A DNA stretch of 64,000 nucleotides from an uncultured Candidatus Peribacteria bacterium (GTDB lineage Bacteria; Patescibacteriota; Gracilibacteria; UBA1369; UM-FILTER-53-11): the NCBI GenBank assembly GCA_964358095.1, contig CAYHNW010000001.1, positions 71,108-135,107 of the forward strand, read 5' to 3'. The notes below the pieces were generated by a model, which saw only the letters and a program-made list of their open reading frames with translations, did no database searches and was not told the origin of the DNA. This document shows, piece after piece, positions 53,339 through 61,824 of this stretch (position 1 is its first letter; each line of letters starts with the position of its first letter). The position numbers and the translations under genes are program-made.

Positions 53339-54558
53339 TATGCTGTTGGGACAAGTCGTCTCATTATGTCGTCTACCGTTACCACTCCGATTAGTTTTCT
53401 GTCTTTATCCAAAACGGCGACTGAAAGTAAATTATATTTTGTCATTAATCGGGTGAGATATTCAAAAGTCTGATCCACATGAATTGTTGGAAGCTTTTTA
53501 TTTGGCTTCCTCATAATTTCTTTAATGGACTGTGTTTTTGCGGCCACAATCAAGTTACGCAAAGACACGACACCGAGGAACTTGCCGTCGGTATCCACAA
53601 TATAAATAAACTGGATTGAATGATGCAGATGAGAAACGCGTTTTATTTCTGCAATTGCCTGCTCCACGGTCATATCTGAACTTGCAGTAATGTACTCGGT
53701 TGTCATCAAGCCACCAGCCGTGTCTTCGTCATATTCCATAATTTTTTTAACCTTTTGTATTTTGCTATCCAGCGGCAATTTACTGATAATTTCGCGCGAT
53801 TCTCGACCTGGCAATAGCTGTATTAAATCAACAAGTTCATCAACTGACATTTTTCCCATCAAAGTTGCCGTTCGTTCCGCCCCAAGATTTTTGACAAGCA
53901 GTTTTTTAATATCAGGTTGAATTTCTTCAAGAACGCGAGCCGCAACAGTCGGATCCAAAGATTGTAGCAACGTGCTGCCTTGATACACATTCATCTTTTC
54001 AATCAAGTTTGCGATATCAGCCGGGTGAAGTTTTACAATTTCCTTGGCACCGGTGGATAGATAAAGCTTATTATCCATTAGTTTCACATTTTTCCATTCC
54101 AAAAAGTTCGGTTTAAAAATATGATTCAAAAAATGACTGCGCATACCAAGCCTACGCAGAATTCCGCGATTACTTATATCTATCGCAATTAAGCACATGG
54201 ACTGTTGAACCCTGCTAAACTGCAAATCGTTAACCCGAACCACTCGCATGCCAGCCAGATCCACAATTTGTTTATCGAGCACGTTGTCGCGCAATGAAAC
54301 TATATTGTCTCCAGTTGGAATCTTTGCCGTTGATTCATATAGTTTTCTGGCCAATTCAATTTCAGAAGCGCCCCAACTCTCAATATATTCAACCGGAATA
54401 AACTGTTTTGTGCTCCTTTTATCTTTTATAACTATCCCCATGACCGGCGGGAATTCCCTGTCAGTATCGTTGTTTATTAAAACGTCATAAACAACGCCAA
54501 CGACTTCTTCCAAGTTGTCGCGCACAGACGCATCGCGAATATTGCTGAAAAATAGCAT
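53338..54558 (-). CDS. soluble MgtE-N-domain + tandem-CBS protein with PRC-barrel-like N-terminus (no transmembrane domain)
   Basis: MgtE_N-like helical segment (DIANLIEKM.......LL..L.P..AA.VLEE........LV..L), then two CBS motifs (MTTEY...; VVDTDGKFLGVVSLRNLI / VLDKDRKLIGVVTVDDIM). The stop overlaps the NRAMP ATG (TAATG). Confidence 0.75.
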   Translation of the reverse strand: MLFFSNIRDASVRDNLEEVVGVVYDVLINNDTDREFPPVMGIVIKDKRSTKQFIPVEYIESWGASEIELARKLYESTAKIPTGDNIVSLRDNVLDKQIVDLAGMRVVRVNDLQFSRVQQSMCLIAIDISNRGILRRLGMRSHFLNHIFKPNFLEWKNVKLMDNKLYLSTGAKEIVKLHPADIANLIEKMNVYQGSTLLQSLDPTVAARVLEEIQPDIKKLLVKNLGAERTATLMGKMSVDELVDLIQLLPGRESREIISKLPLDSKIQKVKKIMEYDEDTAGGLMTTEYITASSDMTVEQAIAEIKRVSHLHHSIQFIYIVDTDGKFLGVVSLRNLIVAAKTQSIKEIMRKPNKKLPTIHVDQTFEYLTRLMTKYNLLSVAVLDKDRKLIGVVTVDDIMRRLVPTA

Positions 54559-54662
54559 TAAGCGTCCTAATTAAGTTAAGAGCAGTATAGTAGCCTCAAG
54601 CCTTCTTGACAATCCTAAATTTTGGGCTTTATTACAACTAAAAAACGATGTAGAATTTTGCC

Positions 54663-55259
54663 GTGAAAATTGGCGTTTTGGACATTCAAGGTTCAGTTGA
54701 AGAGCATTTGGCGATACTACAAAATCTTGGCGAGAATCCGGTTGCGGTAAAAACAAAAGCGGATTTGGCGAAAGTCAGCGGGCTTATAATTCCCGGTGGT
54801 GAGTCAACTACTATAGGCAAACTTTTGGCGCACTACGGACTGAGTGAAGAAATCGCCAGACGAGCACAAGAAAAAAGTCTGACGATCTGGGGGACGTGTG
54901 CCGGCGCTATTTTAATCGCAAAAAAGGTAATAAATAGGCCGCCGCAAAATATGGCACTCATGGACATCACGATTAAAAGAAATGCCTACGGCAGACAAAT
55001 AGACAGTTTTAAAACTCCGGTTTCCATACCAATTTTGGGAGCCACTCCATTCCAAGCTGTTTTTATCCGCGCACCGCAAGTGAAAGTGGCTTCTGCAAAA
55101 GCAAAAGTGCTAGCAAAATACGGCAAAAAGCCGATAATGGTGCGGCAAAATAATTTACTTGCTACAATGTTTCACCCTGAGTTAACGACGGACGGGCGAA
55201 TCCATAAATATTTTATTAAAATGACGCAAGAATATGTCTCAAAAAAATCTAAAAATTGA
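54663..55259 (+). CDS. pdxT: pyridoxal 5'-phosphate synthase glutaminase subunit PdxT
   Basis: KIGVLDIQG...EH, GGESTT, GTCAG and FHPE motifs. GTG start 6 nt after a TAGAAT box. Confidence 0.93.
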   Translation: MKIGVLDIQGSVEEHLAILQNLGENPVAVKTKADLAKVSGLIIPGGESTTIGKLLAHYGLSEEIARRAQEKSLTIWGTCAGAILIAKKVINRPPQNMALMDITIKRNAYGRQIDSFKTPVSIPILGATPFQAVFIRAPQVKVASAKAKVLAKYGKKPIMVRQNNLLATMFHPELTTDGRIHKYFIKMTQEYVSKKSKN

Positions 55260-55794
55260 ACAAGCTGTTGAGCAAATGATTGTTGCTCTCGGGGAAGATG
55301 TTGGACGCGACGGTTTGGTTAAAACACCTCAGCGCGTTGCAAAATCTTTTGAAAAAGTTTTTTCCGGCTACGGAAAAGAGCCTCGCGATATTCTCACAAC
55401 TTTCGTGGAAAACGATTATGACGAGATGATTGTGGTGAAAGATGTTGAGTTTTATTCCACGTGTGAGCACCACATGTTGCCATTTTTTGGTAGAGCGCAT
55501 ATTGGCTACATTCCAAGCGGGAAAATTATCGGGATTTCAAAAATCCCGCGCATTGTGGAAATTTATTCCCGTAGATTGCAAAATCAAGAAAGATTGACGG
55601 TTGAAATTGCGCGAACGCTGCAAGACTTGATAAATCCGCGCGGCGTTGGCGTTGTGCTTGAGGCTCGCCACCTTTGCATGATGGCTCGCGGCGTGGAGAA
55701 ACAGAGGAGCAGCATTGTCACATCTGCCATGTATGGACTATTTAAAAAAAATCTAAATACCAGGAACGAATTCTTAAAACTAATCGGAAAATAA
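55234..55794 (+). CDS. folE: GTP cyclohydrolase I
   Basis: GL..TP.RVAK, the YSTCEHHMLPF.G.AHIGYIP motif and RLQ.QERLT. Confidence 0.95.
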   Translation: MSQKNLKIEQAVEQMIVALGEDVGRDGLVKTPQRVAKSFEKVFSGYGKEPRDILTTFVENDYDEMIVVKDVEFYSTCEHHMLPFFGRAHIGYIPSGKIIGISKIPRIVEIYSRRLQNQERLTVEIARTLQDLINPRGVGVVLEARHLCMMARGVEKQRSSIVTSAMYGLFKKNLNTRNEFLKLIGK

Positions 55795-56417
55795 TGCTAC
55801 CAAAGTCGCTGCAAAAATTAATTGATTCTCTTTCCAAGCTGCCCGGCGTTGGCCAAAAAACTGCGCAGAGATTTGCGTATTTTTTGCTGCGTTCACACCG
55901 TTCTATTTCAAATGAGATCGGAGAATCGCTGTTAAATTTAAAAAATGAAATTGCACTTTGCAACGAATGTTTTTGCATTACCGATGTTAACGAAAGTGGC
56001 GAGCCGATTTGTAACATCTGCTCAAACGCAAGGCGCGATAAACACATAATTTGCGTTGTGGAACACATATTTGATGCCGAAGCTATTGAGCGTGCCGGTG
56101 ATTATCGCGGCCTATATCACGTTTTGCATGGGCGCATTTCCCCGTTAGACAACATTGCTCCTGATGATTTGAAAATTAAAGAATTAGTTTCACGCGTTCA
56201 AAAATATCAGGCGGATTCACAACCTGTTGAGGTAATTTTGGCTACAAATCCAAGTAGCGAAGGAGAGACAACTGCGCTTTACATTCAAAGACTTTTAAAA
56301 CCGTTTGGTGTAAAAGTAACACGCATTGCGACGGGGATTCCCGTTGGCGCAGATTTGGAATATGCCGATGCCGTAACTTTGGCTCGCGCCTTAAAAGGAA
56401 GGCAAAATTACGAATAA
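55794..56417 (+). CDS. recR: recombination protein RecR
   Basis: LPGVGQKTAQRFA HhH motif, C4 zinc finger (CNEC...CNIC) and Toprim domain. Confidence 0.95.
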   Translation: MLPKSLQKLIDSLSKLPGVGQKTAQRFAYFLLRSHRSISNEIGESLLNLKNEIALCNECFCITDVNESGEPICNICSNARRDKHIICVVEHIFDAEAIERAGDYRGLYHVLHGRISPLDNIAPDDLKIKELVSRVQKYQADSQPVEVILATNPSSEGETTALYIQRLLKPFGVKVTRIATGIPVGADLEYADAVTLARALKGRQNYE

Positions 56418-57190
56418 ACGCGAACCAGTGCGCCACCGGAGCCGCAGAGTAAAACGTGACCACCTTTTAATGATTCCATTTCGCGTTTTTTATCGAGCGA
56501 CTTTGGATATTTTTCAAAAACTATATCCTCAAAATCATTGTGAAGATTTTTAAGTATGCCATTAATATCTCCGCCGTTGATCGCATTCAACATTTGCTCC
56601 GTTTTGTGGGCATTTTTTCCGCATTTCCTTAAATCAATTTGCGAATATGCAAAGTGTGACGAAACTTCCACGTCGGTATCTATAATCTCAAATTTGATGC
56701 GTAACGGCAACGTCGGCAGGGGAGTAATCGTCTCTCCAAAATGCTCACCGAGAGCCGTGCCACCATCAAGGAAAAAAGCGCAATCCATGCCAATTTGGGT
56801 CGTGACTTTTCGCAATAAACATTGTGGGTCTTTTACGGCCCACAATGTCGCGAGTCCTTTTAGCGCGGCAACGGCATTGCTAGATCCTCCGCCAAGTCCA
56901 CTCATTAGTGGAATTCTCTTTTTGATAAAAATCTTGGCACCTTTTTTTGTGCCGGTATGTTTTTTTAGTAATTTCGCGGCTTTCAAAACTATGTTCGTAT
57001 CATCCAGTGGCAATGCGGGATTATCACACCCGATTTCAATTCTATCTTCGGACAAGTCTTCAATAATAAGTTCATCAAACAGCTCTGTGAGCATATGGAA
57101 AACCGTTTTTATTTCGTGATATCCTGACGCATCTTTATTTAAAATATCCAGTGCCAGATTTATTTTGGGATACGATTTTAGGCTTATCAT
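56408..57190 (-). CDS. ispE: 4-diphosphocytidyl-2-C-methyl-D-erythritol kinase
   Basis: PKINL.L.I......GYHEI, and the GHMP motif IPLMSGLGGGSSNAVA. Confidence 0.9.
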   Translation of the reverse strand: MISLKSYPKINLALDILNKDASGYHEIKTVFHMLTELFDELIIEDLSEDRIEIGCDNPALPLDDTNIVLKAAKLLKKHTGTKKGAKIFIKKRIPLMSGLGGGSSNAVAALKGLATLWAVKDPQCLLRKVTTQIGMDCAFFLDGGTALGEHFGETITPLPTLPLRIKFEIIDTDVEVSSHFAYSQIDLRKCGKNAHKTEQMLNAINGGDINGILKNLHNDFEDIVFEKYPKSLDKKREMESLKGGHVLLCGSGGALVRVYS

Positions 57191-57195
57191 AAAGG

Positions 57196-58356
57196 TTATT
57201 TAAACGACCCAAGTAGAACAACGGCCTGGCACTTAATAGCTTCTCCTCTCCCGAACGGTGTCAGCTTTTCTCCAGAGTGAGCCGTGACACCTATGTTTTC
57301 TGATGCGCAGTTGAGTAGCCCGCTTAACTTCTCTTTTATTTGCGGCGTAATTTTATCTATATTTGGACGCGCTGCTTCTATGCTAATTGCGCAGTGCAAA
57401 ACCGCCTTATTTAATTTTACGGCTTCTTGCGTTATATAAGCCAAATATTTTGTACTTTTTTTAATCCCATTCTGGCACATTTTAGTAGCATACGTTCCCA
57501 ATGAACCGCCTCCAAATGCAGAAGAAATCGCGTTGCAAAGCGCATGTATCACAACATCACCATCGGAATTAGCTTCAAGTTGCGGAAAGCCGCAAACTTC
57601 TACGCCGCCCAAAACCAAACTGCCTTTTTTGCCAAATCTGTGGCTATCTTCCCCAAATCCAACCGATTGTGCAAAATCTCCGCTTAAAAAACGCAATGTT
57701 TCCATGTCGTACTTGGTTGTAATTTTTCTATTTACGTCCGATGCATCAACAACAGCCGTGCATCTTCCGGCTTGTTCAAGCACAGAAAGGTCATCCGTAT
57801 AGTCAAACTTTTGTGGTGAAAATTTTTGGCATGCATCCGTAAAACCTTTTGCACGAACCACCTGTGGAGTTTCCATCTCCCTCAAATTTGCGCGTGGGAT
57901 CGTATACCCAACTTCACTTTTTGTTTCATTTTTAAGCACCTTTACGGTGGAATTAATTTTTCGTCCAACTGCAACGCCGAACACGTCGGGGTTAAATTTT
58001 TCAAAACAAGCATTTAGTTCCGTCTGCATAGCCAAAGGATTTGCAGCATTGTGTATCACTAAAAATTCGGCGTTTTGCGGTATTCTTTTAAGCGCATTAA
58101 TTACAGAAGAGTAACGTGTTGCCCCGCCAAGTAAAATACCTTTAACTTTTTTAAATTTCGCGTTCTCTATCAGCTTTTTTATGCGTTCGATATTATTTTT
58201 ATTAGCAACTATAAAAATAGTATTTATTCTTTTTGAATCGTGCAAAAACCTCAAAGAATGATATATGGTCGGTTTTCCATTAATTAAACAAAATAGTTTA
58301 TCGTTGCCACCAAAGCGTTTACTCTTCCCCGCTGCAAGTAAGATACCGATATTCAT
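57196..58356 (-). CDS. ispDF: bifunctional MEP cytidylyltransferase / MEcPP synthase
   Basis: The N-terminal AAGKSKRFG and C-terminal GFGEDSHRF...GDV..HA motifs lie in one ORF. Confidence 0.9.
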   Translation of the reverse strand: MNIGILLAAGKSKRFGGNDKLFCLINGKPTIYHSLRFLHDSKRINTIFIVANKNNIERIKKLIENAKFKKVKGILLGGATRYSSVINALKRIPQNAEFLVIHNAANPLAMQTELNACFEKFNPDVFGVAVGRKINSTVKVLKNETKSEVGYTIPRANLREMETPQVVRAKGFTDACQKFSPQKFDYTDDLSVLEQAGRCTAVVDASDVNRKITTKYDMETLRFLSGDFAQSVGFGEDSHRFGKKGSLVLGGVEVCGFPQLEANSDGDVVIHALCNAISSAFGGGSLGTYATKMCQNGIKKSTKYLAYITQEAVKLNKAVLHCAISIEAARPNIDKITPQIKEKLSGLLNCASENIGVTAHSGEKLTPFGRGEAIKCQAVVLLGSFK

Positions 58357-59444
58357 TTGATTATATCTCTTAAATTTTTTATTGCGTTAAGTGAAAGTTT
58401 CTCGTTTTTTACGCGACGCAAAGTATCCCCTATAAAATCGTAAATTTCTAAAAACGCGATTTCTCCGATAAGAAATTTATTTACGGCAATCTCATCCGCC
58501 ATGCACAGCGCAGCAGCCATAATACCGCCTTCTTCAAGCGCTCTGTAAGCCAATTCTGGTCCTTTAAATAAAGAAAAATCGGGGGTTTTAAAAGTAAGTG
58601 ATAAATTAGAAAAAGCCAATCGCGGAAGACTATTTTTAATACGCTTTGGGTAAAAAAGCGCGTAAGAAATTGGAACTCGCATATCCGTCGCGCCCAGGAT
58701 CGCAACAATATTCCCGTCCACAAACTGCACGAATGAATGAACCGCACTTTGGCGATGAATACTTATGTCAAGTTTCTCCGCCGGCACATCAAAAAGCCAA
58801 TGTGTTTCTATAATTTCAAAACCCTTATTCATCAAAGTCGCACTATCCACAGAAATTCGTTTTCCCATTTTCCAAGTCGGATGATTCAAGGCTTGAGCCT
58901 GTGTGACATTTTGTAATTCTTCTCGGCTACGTCCCCAAAAAGGCCCGCCTGAAGCGGTTAAAGTGATTTTTTCAATTTCCCTATCCGCATTTTTTTCCGC
59001 GGCACACGGCAAATCCCCACCACCCAGCGCCTGCCAAATCGCAGACGGTTCGGAGTCAATCGGCAAAATTTTTGCGCCAGCTTTGCGTGCAGTTTCCATT
59101 ATCAATTCGCCTGCCATAACCAGAGACTCTTTATTTGCAAGCGCGAGCGTCTTTTTGGCTTCACAAGCGGCATAAGTAGGCATAAGTCCCGCGTAACCAG
59201 AAATTGCATTAACTACCAAATCCGCATCTTTTGCACGTGCCAATTCCATTAATTCTTTTTCCGATTCTTTGCCGGCCAATACCACATACTTCGGCTGAAA
59301 TTCTTCGACCTGCCGCTTAAATAAATCCACGTTGTTATGAGCAGAAAGGCCGACTACTTCAAACTCGTCCGGGTGAGCCTTAATTACATCCAGCGTTTGC
59401 ATGCCTATTGAACCGGTTGATCCCAGAATAATAATCTTTTTCAT
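58353..59444 (-). CDS. dxr: 1-deoxy-D-xylulose-5-phosphate reductoisomerase
   Basis: ILGSTGSIG.QTLDV, LANKESLV, NHP.W.MG.KI.VDSATLMNKG.E. Confidence 0.93.
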   Translation of the reverse strand: MKKIIILGSTGSIGMQTLDVIKAHPDEFEVVGLSAHNNVDLFKRQVEEFQPKYVVLAGKESEKELMELARAKDADLVVNAISGYAGLMPTYAACEAKKTLALANKESLVMAGELIMETARKAGAKILPIDSEPSAIWQALGGGDLPCAAEKNADREIEKITLTASGGPFWGRSREELQNVTQAQALNHPTWKMGKRISVDSATLMNKGFEIIETHWLFDVPAEKLDISIHRQSAVHSFVQFVDGNIVAILGATDMRVPISYALFYPKRIKNSLPRLAFSNLSLTFKTPDFSLFKGPELAYRALEEGGIMAAALCMADEIAVNKFLIGEIAFLEIYDFIGDTLRRVKNEKLSLNAIKNLRDIIK

Positions 59445-60508
59445 AGTGATTCCTCAATTATTTTCATAAATTCATCTACGAGCTCTGCTTCCGGTATCCA
59501 TTTTATAATTTTTCCTTTTTTAAAAATCGCGCCTTGACCGCGCCCACCGGCAATTCCAAAATCCGCTTCGCGGGCTTCTCCTGGGCCATTTACTGTGCAA
59601 CCCATCACGGCAATTTTTAACGGTTTTTTAATTTTCGCCACGCGCTTTTCAATTTCTTTTGCCAGTGCAATCACATCAATTTCTGTTCGTCCACAGCTCG
59701 GGCACGCAATAATTTCCGGCTCCTTATTATAAAGCCCTACGGACTTTAAAATCTGATGCGCCACTCGCACTTGCTCAACCGGATCGTCCGAAGAAAGCGA
59801 AACCCTAATAGTGTCTCCGATTCCGAGGAGCAGCAACGCGCCAATTCCAATAGCGCTTTTGAGACTCCCATATGGAGGGATTCCAGCTTCAGTAACACCC
59901 AAATGCAACGGATAATTACATTTCTTCGCGATCATTTCGTATGCCTCAACCGTTTCTCTCACTCCCGAACTTTTTATGGAAATTACAAAATTCTTAAATT
60001 TATTCTTTTCAAAAATCTTCACCCAACGCAACGCAGAAGCAACCAACGCCTCCGAGCTTGGCCGTCCAAATTTTTCCAAAAGATCCGTTTCTAGTGAACC
60101 CGAATTAACCCCAAGCCTCAGCGCAGTTTTATATTTTCTTGCGGCAGCTAAAATCTGCTCAACTCGCTCGACATTCCCAATATTCCCGGGATTTATGCGT
60201 ATTTTGTCGGCTCCATTATTAATCGCCTCAATCGCAAGCCTAAAATCAAAATGAATATCTGCAACTAACGGAATATGGATTTTCTTCTTAATCTCGGGAA
60301 TTGCGCGTGCAATTTCAAGGTTTGGCACTGCAATTCTCACCAAGTCGCAACCCTCTTTTTCGAACTGCAAAATCTGCGAAATGATCGCCTTCGGCGTCTT
60401 TGCCTCTTTGGAACACATGGCCTGAATTGTGATTGGCGCACCGCCTCCCAAGGTTAAACTCCCCACCTTGACTTGACGCGTTTTTCGACGCCTGGATGTA
60501 AAGTCCAT
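59441..60508 (-). CDS. ispG: 4-hydroxy-3-methylbut-2-en-1-yl diphosphate synthase
   Basis: GcpE pattern (RIAVP....A..I..IK......PLVADIHFD; CPSCGR; MGC.VNGPGEA). ATG at 60508 is preferred over the upstream TTG at 60547. Confidence 0.9.
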   Translation of the reverse strand: MDFTSRRRKTRQVKVGSLTLGGGAPITIQAMCSKEAKTPKAIISQILQFEKEGCDLVRIAVPNLEIARAIPEIKKKIHIPLVADIHFDFRLAIEAINNGADKIRINPGNIGNVERVEQILAAARKYKTALRLGVNSGSLETDLLEKFGRPSSEALVASALRWVKIFEKNKFKNFVISIKSSGVRETVEAYEMIAKKCNYPLHLGVTEAGIPPYGSLKSAIGIGALLLLGIGDTIRVSLSSDDPVEQVRVAHQILKSVGLYNKEPEIIACPSCGRTEIDVIALAKEIEKRVAKIKKPLKIAVMGCTVNGPGEAREADFGIAGGRGQGAIFKKGKIIKWIPEAELVDEFMKIIEESL

Positions 60509-60596
60509 AGCAGCGTTATTATAAACTCCATCTCTTGACTTACACAAGGCTTTCCCATAAGATTACCTCTGCCCTGAAGTCCTTAATTTAAAATAT

Positions 60597-61103
60597 ATTT
60601 CAAAGCATTTTCGCCTCAATGAACGGATACGGGTTCCAACCGTTCGACTGATAGACCAAGATGAGAATCAGGCTGGGATTATGGCGCTTGAAAAAGCGCT
60701 AGCGATGGCGCGCGAACATGAACTGGATCTGGTGGAAGTGGCGCCAAATGCCAATCCTCCGGTCTGCAAAATAATGGACTTTGGAAAGTTCCTCTACAAA
60801 CAGAAGAAACAGGATCAGAAGCAGAAAAAGTCGCAGAAACAGGGAGAAGTGAAGGGAATCCGTCTAAGTATGAGAACGGATACTCACGATCTAGAAGTTA
60901 AAGCCAACAAAGCAAAAGAATTCTTGAGAGCAAGAAACCTCGTGAAAGTTGCAATGATATTGCGCGGTCGCGAACTCTCTCATATAGACTTGGCTAGGGT
61001 GAAGATGAATCTGTTTAAGACTATGATCGAAGACGTTGGTCAACTGGAGGAGGGGCCAAAAAAACAAGGAAACAATTTATTCATGATGATTACCCCAAAA
61101 TAA
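60597..61103 (+). CDS. infC: translation initiation factor IF-3, probable AUU start
   Basis: The frame is open from 60561. In-frame upstream residues ...SKHFRLNERIRVPTVRLIDQDENQAGIM... form the conserved IF-3 N-domain, which lies upstream of the first ATG (60681). ATT at 60597 is the only start-like codon. Confidence 0.8.
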   Translation: MSKHFRLNERIRVPTVRLIDQDENQAGIMALEKALAMAREHELDLVEVAPNANPPVCKIMDFGKFLYKQKKQDQKQKKSQKQGEVKGIRLSMRTDTHDLEVKANKAKEFLRARNLVKVAMILRGRELSHIDLARVKMNLFKTMIEDVGQLEEGPKKQGNNLFMMITPK

Positions 61104-61104
61104 T

Positions 61105-61302
61105 ATGAAGCTCAAATCACACAGTGGCACAAAAAAGCGCATAAAAATTTCCAGCACAGGAAAAATCATGTACCGCAAGCCTTGCAAGAAACATTTATTG
61201 ATAAACAAGAGCAAGCGCCAAAAATCTGTCGGCAACATGGGCGTAGCTCTTCATCATTCAGATGCGGACAAGATTCGCAAACTTTTGCCGCAGTCATTTT
61301 AG
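61105..61302 (+). CDS. rpmI: 50S ribosomal protein L35
   Basis: MKLKSHSGTKKR.K.S..GK......CK.HLL. Confidence 0.93.
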   Translation: MKLKSHSGTKKRIKISSTGKIMYRKPCKKHLLINKSKRQKSVGNMGVALHHSDADKIRKLLPQSF

Positions 61303-61334
61303 GTTTATACCCTACATCCTAATATCCCAATTTT

Positions 61335-61679
61335 ATGAGAGTTAAAGGTGGTGTCGTTACAAAAAGGAGACATAAGAAGATTCTTAAGAAGGCAAAAGGT
61401 TACCGCGATAAAAGGCATAACGTATGGAGTCTTGCCAAGCGTGCGGTAATGATTGCCGGCAAGAATGCATTTATTGGTCGCAAATTAAAAAAGCGCGATT
61501 ATCGCACTCTTTGGATTGCCAGATTAAACGCCGCACTTAAGTTGCAGGGCGTTTCTTATAGCAGATTCATCTACAAAGCGACTCGCAAGCAAATCGCCTT
61601 AAACCGTAAAGTGCTTTCGGAGCTCGCAATAAACGAGCCAAAAGTGTTTGACGATGTGGTGAAAACGGTGATGGCGTAG
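61335..61679 (+). CDS. rplT: 50S ribosomal protein L20
   Basis: MRVKGGVVTKRRHKKILK.AKGYR. Confidence 0.95.
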   Translation: MRVKGGVVTKRRHKKILKKAKGYRDKRHNVWSLAKRAVMIAGKNAFIGRKLKKRDYRTLWIARLNAALKLQGVSYSRFIYKATRKQIALNRKVLSELAINEPKVFDDVVKTVMA

Positions 61680-61728
61680 CGATGGGGGCCAACAGTGTTT
61701 TGTGCGTATTCCGAGCATGACTTTCGCA

Positions 61729-61755
61729 GGTTCTGCTTTTAGCGAAAGCAGAACC
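61729..61755. terminator. 11-bp-stem hairpin between convergent rplT and tkt (no U-tract)
   Basis: GGTTCTGCTTT-tagcg-AAAGCAGAACC. Confidence 0.4.
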
Positions 61756-61824
61756 GAGAACGGGGCGGCGGCGAATTAAGATGAGCCGACAGCCGGTTCA
61801 TGCGAGAAATATGCAAAAACACTG

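Noticed and set aside
60509-60547. 13-codon extension of ispG from a TTG
   Set aside because: The ATG at 60508 gives a typical GcpE N-terminus (MDFTSRRRKTRQV).
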